From positions 50,763-114,762 of the forward strand of contig CALDDH010000003.1 of assembly GCA_937936465.1 (NCBI GenBank): a stretch of 64,000 bases of DNA, read 5' to 3'. The notes under the pieces were generated by a model. It was not told the origin of the DNA, made no database searches, and was given only the letters and a program-made list of their open reading frames with translations. Shown here one piece after another: positions 30,508 to 39,589 of the stretch (within the stretch, counting starts at the first letter, position 1; each line of letters starts with the position of its first letter). Made by a program: the position numbers and the translations under genes. The DNA is from an uncultured Mycoplasmatales bacterium. GTDB lineage: Bacteria; Bacillota_I; Bacilli_A; UBA3375.

Positions 30508-31206
30508 CTATAGGGGATTTTTTTTTATTTGTCCATAATTACGTGGATAATTACTATTATAATATTTTTCTTTTTTTAGTAATAAATTATAATGATGACT
30601 ATTTTCAATTGGTAAAACAAATTCTTCAATTTTAATTTCTTTATATTTTAAAATACTCATTGCTTTTTTAGCACATTGCAACTCAATTTTTAACTTTGGT
30701 CCTTTCATTGCACAAAAGTAGCCATTTTCTTCAATTAAGTTAACGCTAATTTCAAGTAAAATATTTAATTGAGAAACTGCACGCATAATTACTAAATCAA
30801 ATTTTTCTGATATTTCTTCCGCCCTTTTATTAAGAACAATAACATTTTTTAATTTTAATGATTTAATTACATCATTTAAGAAATTAGCTCTTTTCTTGAT
30901 TGGTTCAATTAAAGTAAATTTTATTTTTGGAAAATATATTGCTAAGACTAACCCTGGAAATCCAGCCCCTGAACCTAAGTCTGCAATTGTTGTTAAATCT
31001 AATTTAACGATTAATTTTCTAACACTTAAACAATCATAGAAATGTTTTAAATAAACACCTTCCAGATCATCGATTCCAGTTAAATTCATATATTTATTTT
31101 GCTCATGTATTATTTGATAATATTTATAGTATTGCTCATTTTGCAAAACATTTAACTCACTTGTAATTTGATTCCAAAAATCTAACTTACTAACTAATTC
31201 CATCAA
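30508..31206 (-). CDS. rsmG: 16S rRNA m7G527 methyltransferase
   Basis: DLGSGAGFPGLVLAI SAM motif; synteny with parAB. Confidence 0.9.
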   Translation of the reverse strand: MMELVSKLDFWNQITSELNVLQNEQYYKYYQIIHEQNKYMNLTGIDDLEGVYLKHFYDCLSVRKLIVKLDLTTIADLGSGAGFPGLVLAIYFPKIKFTLIEPIKKRANFLNDVIKSLKLKNVIVLNKRAEEISEKFDLVIMRAVSQLNILLEISVNLIEENGYFCAMKGPKLKIELQCAKKAMSILKYKEIKIEEFVLPIENSHHYNLLLKKEKYYNSNYPRNYGQIKKNPL

Positions 31207-31231
31207 TCCTCCATTTTAATTATACCATATC

Positions 31232-32524
31232 TTAGATGCTAAATAGTAAATAACCAACACTTAAATAAATTACAATTGAAAATAAATCATTCATTGTTGT
31301 AATAAGTGGACCAGATGCTATTTTTGAATTTATTTTAAATTTTTCCATTAATATTGGAACTAAAGCCCCTAGTAAAGAAGATATAATGAATGTTATACTT
31401 ATTGTAATACATAAAGTTATGGCTATTTGGTACTGATGAGCAAATAGACCAAGTATTAAAAAGATAAATATATTTAAAATAAAAGCTGAAACAAAATAAA
31501 CTTTTACTTCTCTAAATGCATAGTGAACAATCATTTTTTTACTAAATAAATGATTAGAATCATAGGACATCTTATGTATTGTTAAACCTAATACTTGTGA
31601 GCCAACATTTCCACTCATAGCAGCTACAAATGGCATATATATAGCTAGAATTGCATAACTAGTAAGTACTCCTTCAAAGTTTTGATATATAAGTGAGTTA
31701 AACATCGTAAGTAACATAAGCAGAAGTAACCAAGGTAGCCTATAATATACATTTTTCAAAGTATGAGCACTTTTTTCGTCAATATTTGCACCAGATATTT
31801 GGACAATATTTTCTTCAGCTTCTTCATTTAAAATATCTACAACATCTTCAACACTAATTACACCTTGAATTTTATTGTCATCATTTATTACCGGAATTGC
31901 AGAAAGGTTATAGTCACGAATAATTTTAGCAGCAATTATTTTATCATTCCATATTTTGACACTTTTAATATTTGTTTTCATAATATCAATTAATTTTTCT
32001 TGATCTTGCCAAATAAAAATTTCTTTCAAACTAATAATTCCAAGTAAATGATCAACTTGATCAACAACATATAAATAATTAATATTTGTAACTTTTTTCA
32101 TATTAACTAACTTTTTTTTTACATCTAATACATTTTGATCATCAAATACTTTTAAAAAAGATTTATCAACTGAGAATCCAACAATATCTAAATCATATTT
32201 AAGCATCCCAATCACATTTGTTAAGCGAGTACTTTCAAGCATTTGATATAGATCAAAACGCATGTCTGTTTCTACTTCTTTAAGTAAAATAGTTAACTCT
32301 TCTAAGCTCATTGTATTAATAACTAATTTTAACTTATCATTATCAATCATTAAAATACACTTTACAATTTCTTCTGTTTCTATATTCTCAAATAAACTAA
32401 CTATCGTTTCAATATCAGCTTTTTTCAAAAACATTTTTTGTTGTTCACTATTTTTATTTAAAAACGATAATGATAAATCATGTGGATGAATGTTATTTAT
32501 ATTTTTGTTTATATTTTTATTCAT
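31232..32524 (-). CDS. mgtE: magnesium transporter MgtE
   Basis: N-domain, CBS pair, and a 5-TM domain with AAMSGNVGSQ. Confidence 0.85.
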   Translation of the reverse strand: MNKNINKNINNIHPHDLSLSFLNKNSEQQKMFLKKADIETIVSLFENIETEEIVKCILMIDNDKLKLVINTMSLEELTILLKEVETDMRFDLYQMLESTRLTNVIGMLKYDLDIVGFSVDKSFLKVFDDQNVLDVKKKLVNMKKVTNINYLYVVDQVDHLLGIISLKEIFIWQDQEKLIDIMKTNIKSVKIWNDKIIAAKIIRDYNLSAIPVINDDNKIQGVISVEDVVDILNEEAEENIVQISGANIDEKSAHTLKNVYYRLPWLLLLMLLTMFNSLIYQNFEGVLTSYAILAIYMPFVAAMSGNVGSQVLGLTIHKMSYDSNHLFSKKMIVHYAFREVKVYFVSAFILNIFIFLILGLFAHQYQIAITLCITISITFIISSLLGALVPILMEKFKINSKIASGPLITTMNDLFSIVIYLSVGYLLFSI

Positions 32525-32589
32525 ATGTCCTCCTTACTAATTAATATGATCATTTAAATTTTATTTTACCACATTTAGAGTTATAACTA

Positions 32590-33471
32590 TTATCTTATAT
32601 CTAATTTTGCATATTGCTTAATTAATTGATCACTATTTAAATGGGTATATATTTGAGTAGTTGAAATTGAACTATGACCTAGAATTGTCTGGATTTGCCT
32701 CAAATCCATTCCATTATTCAACAAATGACTTGCTAAGCTATGTCTTAGAGTATGCGGTGAAAACCTAATGTTCAAATGACTATTATCAGCAATTCTATTT
32801 AGAATATCTCTTACTCCACGATCAGTTAAAGGAAAAGATTTATTATTAACAAATAAATAATCACTTTTATTTTCTTTTAATAAAATATTTCTTTCTAACT
32901 CAATATATTCATCCACTGCTTTTTTTATATAATTATCAAAAAAGACTATACGCTCTTTATTTCCTTTACCAATGACTCTAATTATATTGTCACTTTGAAA
33001 ATCAGAAAGTTTAACTGAAGTAAGCTCGCTAACTCTCATACCTGTTGCATATAAAAATAAAAATAAGGCTTTATTTCGTTTGCCAAATTTTTTTTTTAAG
33101 TCAATTGATTCAACTAAAGCTATAATTTCATTTTCATATAATACTTTAGGTAGTCTAATTTCTTTTTTCGGATATATTAATCCGCTAGCTGGTGAAAATT
33201 CAATTTTCTGATTAATAACTAAATAATTATAATAAGATTTTAAAATAGAGATTGTTTGTGAAATTGTTGATTTAGCATATTTTTGCTCATATAAAAGATA
33301 CATATAACTTTTAATCTGCTCTAAATTGATTAAATCAATTTCTAAATTTTTAAATATAGCATATTGATTAATTGCATTTAAAACACATGCATAGCTTTTA
33401 ATTGTTAAATCGGAACAATCTTTTTCATATTTTAAATATTTAAGATAATCATTAATTGAATCTTTTTTCAT
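32590..33471 (-). CDS. tyrosine recombinase, XerC/XerD-like
   Basis: SAM-like N-domain; catalytic ATGMRVSEL (Arg), HTLRHSLASH, LGHSSISTTQIYTH. Confidence 0.85.
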   Translation of the reverse strand: MKKDSINDYLKYLKYEKDCSDLTIKSYACVLNAINQYAIFKNLEIDLINLEQIKSYMYLLYEQKYAKSTISQTISILKSYYNYLVINQKIEFSPASGLIYPKKEIRLPKVLYENEIIALVESIDLKKKFGKRNKALFLFLYATGMRVSELTSVKLSDFQSDNIIRVIGKGNKERIVFFDNYIKKAVDEYIELERNILLKENKSDYLFVNNKSFPLTDRGVRDILNRIADNSHLNIRFSPHTLRHSLASHLLNNGMDLRQIQTILGHSSISTTQIYTHLNSDQLIKQYAKLDIR

Positions 33472-33481
33472 TGTTTCCTTC

Positions 33482-34264
33482 CTACTCTGAAGGGACTTGG
33501 ATATCTATATCAATATTTTGATTCATTTTATCAATTATTATTTCTAATTCAGTTTGATTAAAGTAATAATTATATTCAACTTCTTCTTGATAACTATAAT
33601 AATCATATACTACTTCTGTTTCAACTTCTGTTAAATCAACATCATACACTTCAAAGAATACGTTATAAAAGATTGATTGATCTGCTTCTTTATTTAGATC
33701 ATCAGATATTTGAATTGTCTTTTTATCAGTAACTAGTTGATCTGTCTCACCATATAATGCTTTTTCAATATCAATCCATATTTGAGGTTCTATTTGATAA
33801 TATTCACTCGGATTATCATATACTATTTCTTTAGCATAATTAATTTGATCTTTTGTACTTTGATATAATTCTTTTTCCTTATTACTTAAATTACTACTAT
33901 ATTCATTATTATCATATGTAATATAATCATCAATTTCTACTGAGAAATTTTCTTCTACTAGTTGATAATAATAGTCTTGGTCAATTTCTTTTATTTCTTC
34001 AATATTAAGTTCTTCTTCATAATCATTTTGATAAAGTGTTAATTCATTTGGCAAGTAAAAACCAACTACTTGTTGATTTTGATAATTATATGTTAAGAGC
34101 ATATCATCTTTGCTATCAAGAAATTGATTATATGGTTGCTGATCAATATTCTCAACTAACATAACACGCTCTGATATTTGGTTGCTTTGATATAATTGAT
34201 ATGATTCAAATAGCATAATATCAACTATCAGAATAAGAAAAATTAAAATATACTTATAATTCAT
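33482..34264 (-). CDS. hypothetical N-terminally anchored, highly acidic Tyr/Glu/Asp/Gln-rich protein
   Basis: One N-terminal TM (YILIFLILIVDIMLF). The rest is predicted to be outside. No motif recognised. Overlaps the galU stop by 4 nt. Confidence 0.45.
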   Translation of the reverse strand: MNYKYILIFLILIVDIMLFESYQLYQSNQISERVMLVENIDQQPYNQFLDSKDDMLLTYNYQNQQVVGFYLPNELTLYQNDYEEELNIEEIKEIDQDYYYQLVEENFSVEIDDYITYDNNEYSSNLSNKEKELYQSTKDQINYAKEIVYDNPSEYYQIEPQIWIDIEKALYGETDQLVTDKKTIQISDDLNKEADQSIFYNVFFEVYDVDLTEVETEVVYDYYSYQEEVEYNYYFNQTELEIIIDKMNQNIDIDIQVPSE

Positions 34265-35136
34265 TTTTTGTCCAATATTTCTTCTAAGTAGGCATTAAAT
34301 TCAACTTTCATTTCATCTCTTTGTAATGCAAAATCAACTGTTGCTTTTAAAAAACCCATCTTATCACCAAGATCATACCTCATACCTTTAAAAACATATG
34401 AATAAACATACTCTTGACTCATCATCCTTTTAATTGCATCCGTTAATTGGATTTCTCCTCCAACACCATATTCTTGAGTTTCTAAATATTTAAAAATTGT
34501 TGGACTTAAAATATAACGACCCATAACTGCATTATTACTTTTAATTGAACCAACTTCAGGTTTTTCAATAAAATCATTCATTATTTCTAAGTCTGATTTC
34601 ATATCACTAACTGCTATTCCATATTTATCAATTTGGTTTTCTGCTACCGCTTGAACACCCATAATTGAGCATTCTTTTTGATTATAAGCATTAATTAACT
34701 GTTTGATTGCAGGAGTTTCAGATACTACTAAATCATCTCCTAAAAGAACAGCAAATGGTTCATCTCCAATAAAAGCTTTACCTTGAGCAATCGCGTGACC
34801 AAGACCTTTAGCTTCTTTTTGACGAATAAAATGTAAATTTACTAACTCAGAAATTTTAACTACTTCATTTAATTCTTTGACTTTACCTTTTTGCTCTAAA
34901 ATATTTTCAAGTAATCCAGCTTTATCAAAGTGATCTTCAATTGCTCTTTTATTTGAATGTGATGCTGTAACGATTAAGATATCTGTTATTCCAGATTCTA
35001 CTGCTTCTTGAACAATATGTTGAATAATAGGCGTGTCAATTACAGGTAACATTTCTTTAGGCATTGCTTTTGTAAATGGTAAAAATCTTGTTCCAAATCC
35101 TGCTACTGGAATAATTGCTTTAGTTATTTTCTTCAT
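34261..35136 (-). CDS. galU: UTP-glucose-1-phosphate uridylyltransferase
   Basis: KAIIPVAGFGTRFLPFTKAMPKEMLPV. Confidence 0.92.
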   Translation of the reverse strand: MKKITKAIIPVAGFGTRFLPFTKAMPKEMLPVIDTPIIQHIVQEAVESGITDILIVTASHSNKRAIEDHFDKAGLLENILEQKGKVKELNEVVKISELVNLHFIRQKEAKGLGHAIAQGKAFIGDEPFAVLLGDDLVVSETPAIKQLINAYNQKECSIMGVQAVAENQIDKYGIAVSDMKSDLEIMNDFIEKPEVGSIKSNNAVMGRYILSPTIFKYLETQEYGVGGEIQLTDAIKRMMSQEYVYSYVFKGMRYDLGDKMGFLKATVDFALQRDEMKVEFNAYLEEILDKK

Positions 35137-35614
35137 TTTTCTCCTTTATTAGTAAAACGACGCTTTCACAACCAATCCCTTGTTCAAGCCCAATTGGTCC
35201 AATTTTTTCTCCACGTGTTGCTTTAATATTTATTAAATGACTCTGAATATTAATAGCTTGAGAAATTTTATTTTCCATTAATTTTTTATAATCTTTTAAA
35301 ATTGGTTTTTCAGCATAAATAGTAACATCAAGATTATTTATTTGATATCCAAGGTTATGCATTCTTTGCTTTACATCTTTCAGTAAAATCATCGAATCAA
35401 TATTTTTATACTGAGGATCATTATCAGGAAACAAAGTGCCTAAATCACCTAACCCTAATGCACCAATTATTGATTCAGCTATTGCATGAATAACGACATC
35501 AGCATCAGAGTGTCCAACTAAACTTTTATGATGTTTTATTTGAATTCCTCCAAGTGTTAATAGATCACCTGCTTCAAGTTGATGAACATCATATGAATGA
35601 CCAATTTTAAACAT
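35120..35614 (-). CDS. ispF: 2-C-methyl-D-erythritol 2,4-cyclodiphosphate synthase
   Basis: GHSYDVHQL and GHSDADVVIHA metal-site motifs. Confidence 0.93.
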   Translation of the reverse strand: MFKIGHSYDVHQLEAGDLLTLGGIQIKHHKSLVGHSDADVVIHAIAESIIGALGLGDLGTLFPDNDPQYKNIDSMILLKDVKQRMHNLGYQINNLDVTIYAEKPILKDYKKLMENKISQAINIQSHLINIKATRGEKIGPIGLEQGIGCESVVLLIKEKNEENN

Positions 35615-35633
35615 TTAGCTCCTTACTATTATT

Positions 35634-35963
35634 TTATACCTTTTTAAGTAAATTATCAATCTTATTATAATTTTCTAAACTATCATCTTGGTAAAAATAT
35701 AAATTAGGTATCTTTCTCAATTGAACTTTTTTAGCAATTTCTTTTTTAAATAAACCTTCATTTTTACTTAAAATACGTAATTTTTTAGTTGGTTCATCGT
35801 TAGTTACAATTTGGACATATACTTTAGCATCTTGTAAATCTTTTGTTATTTCCACGTCGACTACAGTAATAAAATCTAAGTCTTCAATTCTTTGATCAAT
35901 TACATCATTGATAACTTGTTTTAATTTTTCTGAAATACGGTCATATTTAAAGTTAGTTTTCAT
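35634..35963 (-). CDS. rbfA: ribosome-binding factor A
   Basis: 109 aa; ITVVDVEITKDLQDAKVYV. Confidence 0.85.
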   Translation of the reverse strand: MKTNFKYDRISEKLKQVINDVIDQRIEDLDFITVVDVEITKDLQDAKVYVQIVTNDEPTKKLRILSKNEGLFKKEIAKKVQLRKIPNLYFYQDDSLENYNKIDNLLKKV

Positions 35964-35970
35964 CTATCTC

Positions 35971-37770
35971 CTATTCATCAATTGATAAAACAGTTACGAA
36001 AGCTTCTTGTGGTATTTCAATACTTCCAACTGATTTCAATCTTTTTTTACCTTTTTTTTGTTTTTCTAATAATTTCTTTTTCCTTGATACATCTCCACCA
36101 TAACATTTAGCTAAAACATTTTTACGCATTGCTTTTATTGTTGTCCTTGATACAATTTTACTTCCAATTGCTGCTTGAATTGGTACTTCAAATTGTTGTC
36201 TTGGAATAATATCTTTTAATTTTTCACAAATTATTTTTCCTCGTTGATGTGCAAAATCTTTATGCATAATAACAGCAAGTGCATCGACTACTTCGGTATT
36301 TAATAAAATATCTACTTTTACTAGTCTTTCTTCTGAATAGCCAATCATCTCATAATCAAATGATGCATATCCTTTTGTCTTTGATTTTAATTGATCGAAA
36401 AAATCATAAACAATTTCAGCTAGTGGTAATTTATATTCAATATTAACTCTAGTTTCATCCATATATGTCATCTTTTGATAAACTCCACGTTTTCTTTGAC
36501 ATAATTCCATAATACTTCCAACATATTCGTCAGGTGACATAATGTTTGCTTTAACAAATGGCTCTTCTATTTTATCAATTTGCTGATTATCAGGCATTTT
36601 AGATGGATTATCAACTTGAATTACTTTTCCATTTGTTAAAGTTACTTGATATATAACACTTGGGGCTGTTGCAATTAGTTCAAGGTTAAATTCTCTTTCT
36701 AAACGCTCTTGGATTATTTCCATATGTAAAAGACCTAGAAAACCACATCTAAAACCAAATCCTAATGCTTGAGAAGTCTCTGGATCATAAACTAATGATG
36801 AATCACTTAATTGCATTTTTTCTAGTGAATCTCTTAAATCATTATACTTTGCTGTATCAATTGGATAAAGACCAGAGTAGACCATTGGATTTAATTCTTT
36901 ATACCCTTGCAAAACTTCTATTACTGGATCAGAACTTAAAGTAATTGTATCACCAACTTTTGTATCACGAATATCTTTGATTCCAGCACTTATCCAACCA
37001 ACTTCTCCTGCTATAAGTATATCTTTTTTAACTTCTTGTGGTTGATTAATACCAAGATCAATAACTTCATATTGTTTACCTAAACTCATAAGTGTTATAC
37101 GATCACCTTTTTTCAGGCTTCCACTCATTATTCTCACAGAAATCATTACTCCTCGATATGTATCAAAGTGTGAGTCAAAAATCAATCCCCTTAACTTCTG
37201 ATCTTCATAGATATCTTTTGGCGGAGGTATTTTCTTAACAATTTCTTCTAATAATAAATCAACATTTTTTCCTGTTTTAGCTGAAATTTCAATTGCATCG
37301 CTCGTATCAAGTCCAATTACATCTTCAATTTCTTTTTTAACTCGCTCAGGATCAGCAGCTGGCAGATCAACTTTATTTAAAACAACTATTATTTCTAAAT
37401 CATTTTCCAATGCTAAATAAACATTAGCAAGTGTTTGTGCTTCAATCCCTTGGGCTGCATCAACCACAAGGATAGCACCCTCACATGCAGCAAGTGAACG
37501 AGATACTTCATAATTAAAATCAACATGACCTGGTGTATCAATTAAATGAAAAGTATAATCTTTATTATTACTTTGATAATTAAGTTGAATCGCATTTAAC
37601 TTAATTGTGATCCCTCTTTCACGTTCTAATTCCATGCTATCTAACAACTGCTCTTTCATCTCCCTTTTATTAACAGTGTTTGTTATTTCTAATATCCGAT
37701 CGGCAAGTGTACTTTTACCATGATCGATATGTGCTATAATTGAAAAATTTCTAATGTTCTTTCTTTCCAT
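35971..37770 (-). CDS. lepA: elongation factor 4 (LepA)
   Basis: [32 protein letters not shown]. Start set at MERKNIRNF (AAAGGA RBS). The track start at 37806 adds 12 non-conserved residues. Confidence 0.95.
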   Translation of the reverse strand: MERKNIRNFSIIAHIDHGKSTLADRILEITNTVNKREMKEQLLDSMELERERGITIKLNAIQLNYQSNNKDYTFHLIDTPGHVDFNYEVSRSLAACEGAILVVDAAQGIEAQTLANVYLALENDLEIIVVLNKVDLPAADPERVKKEIEDVIGLDTSDAIEISAKTGKNVDLLLEEIVKKIPPPKDIYEDQKLRGLIFDSHFDTYRGVMISVRIMSGSLKKGDRITLMSLGKQYEVIDLGINQPQEVKKDILIAGEVGWISAGIKDIRDTKVGDTITLSSDPVIEVLQGYKELNPMVYSGLYPIDTAKYNDLRDSLEKMQLSDSSLVYDPETSQALGFGFRCGFLGLLHMEIIQERLEREFNLELIATAPSVIYQVTLTNGKVIQVDNPSKMPDNQQIDKIEEPFVKANIMSPDEYVGSIMELCQRKRGVYQKMTYMDETRVNIEYKLPLAEIVYDFFDQLKSKTKGYASFDYEMIGYSEERLVKVDILLNTEVVDALAVIMHKDFAHQRGKIICEKLKDIIPRQQFEVPIQAAIGSKIVSRTTIKAMRKNVLAKCYGGDVSRKKKLLEKQKKGKKRLKSVGSIEIPQEAFVTVLSIDE

Positions 37771-37787
37771 ATCGTCCTTTACAATAA

Positions 37788-37816
37788 TAAATAAAATAGC
37801 CCTCAAAAGAAGGCCA
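37788..37816 (-). terminator. weak terminator after rpsT
   Basis: Minus sense reads gccttc-tttt-gagggc (6 bp including one G-U), then a T-rich tail. Confidence 0.4.
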
Positions 37817-37823
37817 TTTCTAT

Positions 37824-38084
37824 CTACATATTATTAATTTTTTTCATTAATTTTGATTTATTTCTTGCTGCATAATTTTTATGAGCTAAACCTTTAGTAA
37901 CTGCTTTGTCTAATTTTTTACCTGCTTCATTGTATAATTCTAATGCTTTGTCTTTATCTTTATCAATTATTGCTTGTTCAAGTTTTTTAATTGCTGTTCT
38001 CATTGATGATTTATAACTTTTATTTCTTAATCTTGCTTTTTCATTTGTTTTAATTCTTTTCTTTGTTGATTTAATATTAGCCAT
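37824..38084 (-). CDS. rpsT: 30S ribosomal protein S20
   Basis: [23 protein letters not shown], 86 aa. Confidence 0.93.
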   Translation of the reverse strand: MANIKSTKKRIKTNEKARLRNKSYKSSMRTAIKKLEQAIIDKDKDKALELYNEAGKKLDKAVTKGLAHKNYAARNKSKLMKKINNM

Positions 38085-38133
38085 ATTTCTCCTTATTTAT
38101 AGTATGTAATTATTTAAAATTCAATCAATTTAA

Positions 38134-38162
38134 ATTATATCAAAATATATTGATTAATGCAA
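38134..38162 (-). promoter_or_regulatory. sigma-70-type promoter of rpsT (TTGCAT-N17-TATAAT with TGn)
   Basis: -35 at 38157-38162, -10 at 38134-38139, TG at -15/-14. Confidence 0.6.
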
Positions 38163-38171
38163 CTTTTAATA

Positions 38172-38867
38172 TTATTTATTATCTAACTTTATTAGTTCTT
38201 TAATTTCAGTAATTTCTCTTTTTATATCTTGACCTAATACATTTTCCTCTAAATCAACTTTATTTTGTCTTAATTTATTTAGTTCATCATCTTTTTTGAT
38301 TAATTCTAACTTATATTCATGAATTTCTTTTGATAGTGCATTAATAAATTTATTTAAACTATCTATTTCATCTCTCTTTTGACTAAGCCCTGTTGATCTT
38401 TCCTGCCAATAGTCAACTTCTGCTTTTAATTCGGATTTTAATTTAAAGATCTCTTCTTTAATTTCTAGTCGTTCTTTTTCTGTTTCAACAATCGCTTCTT
38501 CTAGTTCAATTTTATAATTATCATCATTAGATAATTTCTTTTCTAATAAAATGTTTTCTTTTTTATATTGATCGATTGCAATTAATAGTTTTTCATTATC
38601 TGCTTTATATTTTTCAATTTGCTCTTTATGATCTTTAATCATATAAATTAATTCTTTATTATCACTACGCATCGCAGGCATAACTTCTTCAATTAGCCTT
38701 TTATTTTCTAAATTATGTTCAGATTCAAAATGATCAATGTTTTTCAATTCATTTTTTTGTATATTATCATCTTTATTTGATTGGATGTTTTGAAACTCAT
38801 CTTCCATTTCTTGATATCTTTTATATAATTTACTATATTCTTTTTTTAATAATTCTACTTTGTCCAC
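38172..38867 (-). CDS. hypothetical coiled-coil protein
   Basis: Heptad-rich, Lys/Glu-rich sequence. GTG at 38867 is preceded by GGAGG. The first 18 codons of the track ORF are occupied by a TGTTATAAT promoter. Confidence 0.5.
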   Translation of the reverse strand: MDKVELLKKEYSKLYKRYQEMEDEFQNIQSNKDDNIQKNELKNIDHFESEHNLENKRLIEEVMPAMRSDNKELIYMIKDHKEQIEKYKADNEKLLIAIDQYKKENILLEKKLSNDDNYKIELEEAIVETEKERLEIKEEIFKLKSELKAEVDYWQERSTGLSQKRDEIDSLNKFINALSKEIHEYKLELIKKDDELNKLRQNKVDLEENVLGQDIKREITEIKELIKLDNK

Positions 38868-38900
38868 ATTTCCTCCATTTGAATTAAATACTTTAACATA

Positions 38901-38909
38901 ATTATAACA
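38901..38909 (-). promoter_or_regulatory. extended -10 TGTTATAAT for the coiled-coil gene
   Basis: Exact motif on the minus strand, 34 nt upstream of the GTG at 38867. Confidence 0.45.
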
Positions 38910-38925
38910 AAAATAAACCATTATT

Positions 38926-38934
38926 TGTTATAAT
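38926..38934 (+). promoter_or_regulatory. extended -10 TGTTATAAT for def
   Basis: Exact motif on the plus strand, 31 nt upstream of the ATG at 38966; AAAGGA RBS. Confidence 0.5.
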
Positions 38935-38965
38935 TAACTTAGAAATGGAAATAAAAGGATAATTA

Positions 38966-39526
38966 ATGAGAAAAATAACAAACAAAGAACTTGTATATGC
39001 ACCTAATGATTTTTTACGAAAGAAATTAAATAATTCAACTTTCCCAATCAAAGAAGAGAGTTTAATTACAATTCAAGCAATGCATAATTACATTACTAAT
39101 TCACTTGATGAAGAGATTGCACTCGCTGATGATCTAACTCCTTCTTTAGGTATTGCAGCTAATCAAGTTGGACTTAATGAACGAGTTTGCATCATTTACT
39201 TAGAAGGTGCAAACGATCAAGATAACATTGATTTAATAATGGTTAATCCACAAATAATTACACATTCAAATAATTTAATTTACTTAAAAGATGGAGAAGG
39301 ATGCCTATCAATTCCTAACAAAATAGATGGATACACTCACCGGTATCAAACTATTAAAGTAAAATACCAAAACCTTGTTGGTCACTTTAAAACAATAAAT
39401 GCATCAGATTTTTTAGCAATTGTAATTCAACATGAAATTGATCATTTAAATGGAATTTTATACACAGATTATATTGATAATGATGATCCTTTTTTAATTA
39501 AAGATAATTCAAAGCCATTTGATTAA
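38966..39526 (+). CDS. def: peptide deformylase
   Basis: GIAANQVG, EGCLSIP, QHEIDHLNG. Confidence 0.93.
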   Translation: MRKITNKELVYAPNDFLRKKLNNSTFPIKEESLITIQAMHNYITNSLDEEIALADDLTPSLGIAANQVGLNERVCIIYLEGANDQDNIDLIMVNPQIITHSNNLIYLKDGEGCLSIPNKIDGYTHRYQTIKVKYQNLVGHFKTINASDFLAIVIQHEIDHLNGILYTDYIDNDDPFLIKDNSKPFD

Positions 39527-39544
39527 TTCTTTCTTCAAATAAAA

Positions 39545-39569
39545 AATACTAACTTTAAAAGTTGGTATT
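39545..39569. terminator. bidirectional terminator between convergent def and aspS
   Basis: aatactaactt/aagttggtatt stem (one G-U), A-run on the left and T-run on the right. Confidence 0.6.
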
Positions 39570-39589
39570 TTCTATTTATATATAAAATC

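Noticed and set aside
32590-33471. The tyrosine recombinase as the integrase of a mobile element or prophage.
   Set aside because: It is flanked on both sides by housekeeping genes (mgtE, galU operon). No tRNA, direct repeats or phage genes are nearby. Its size and motifs fit chromosomal XerC/XerD.
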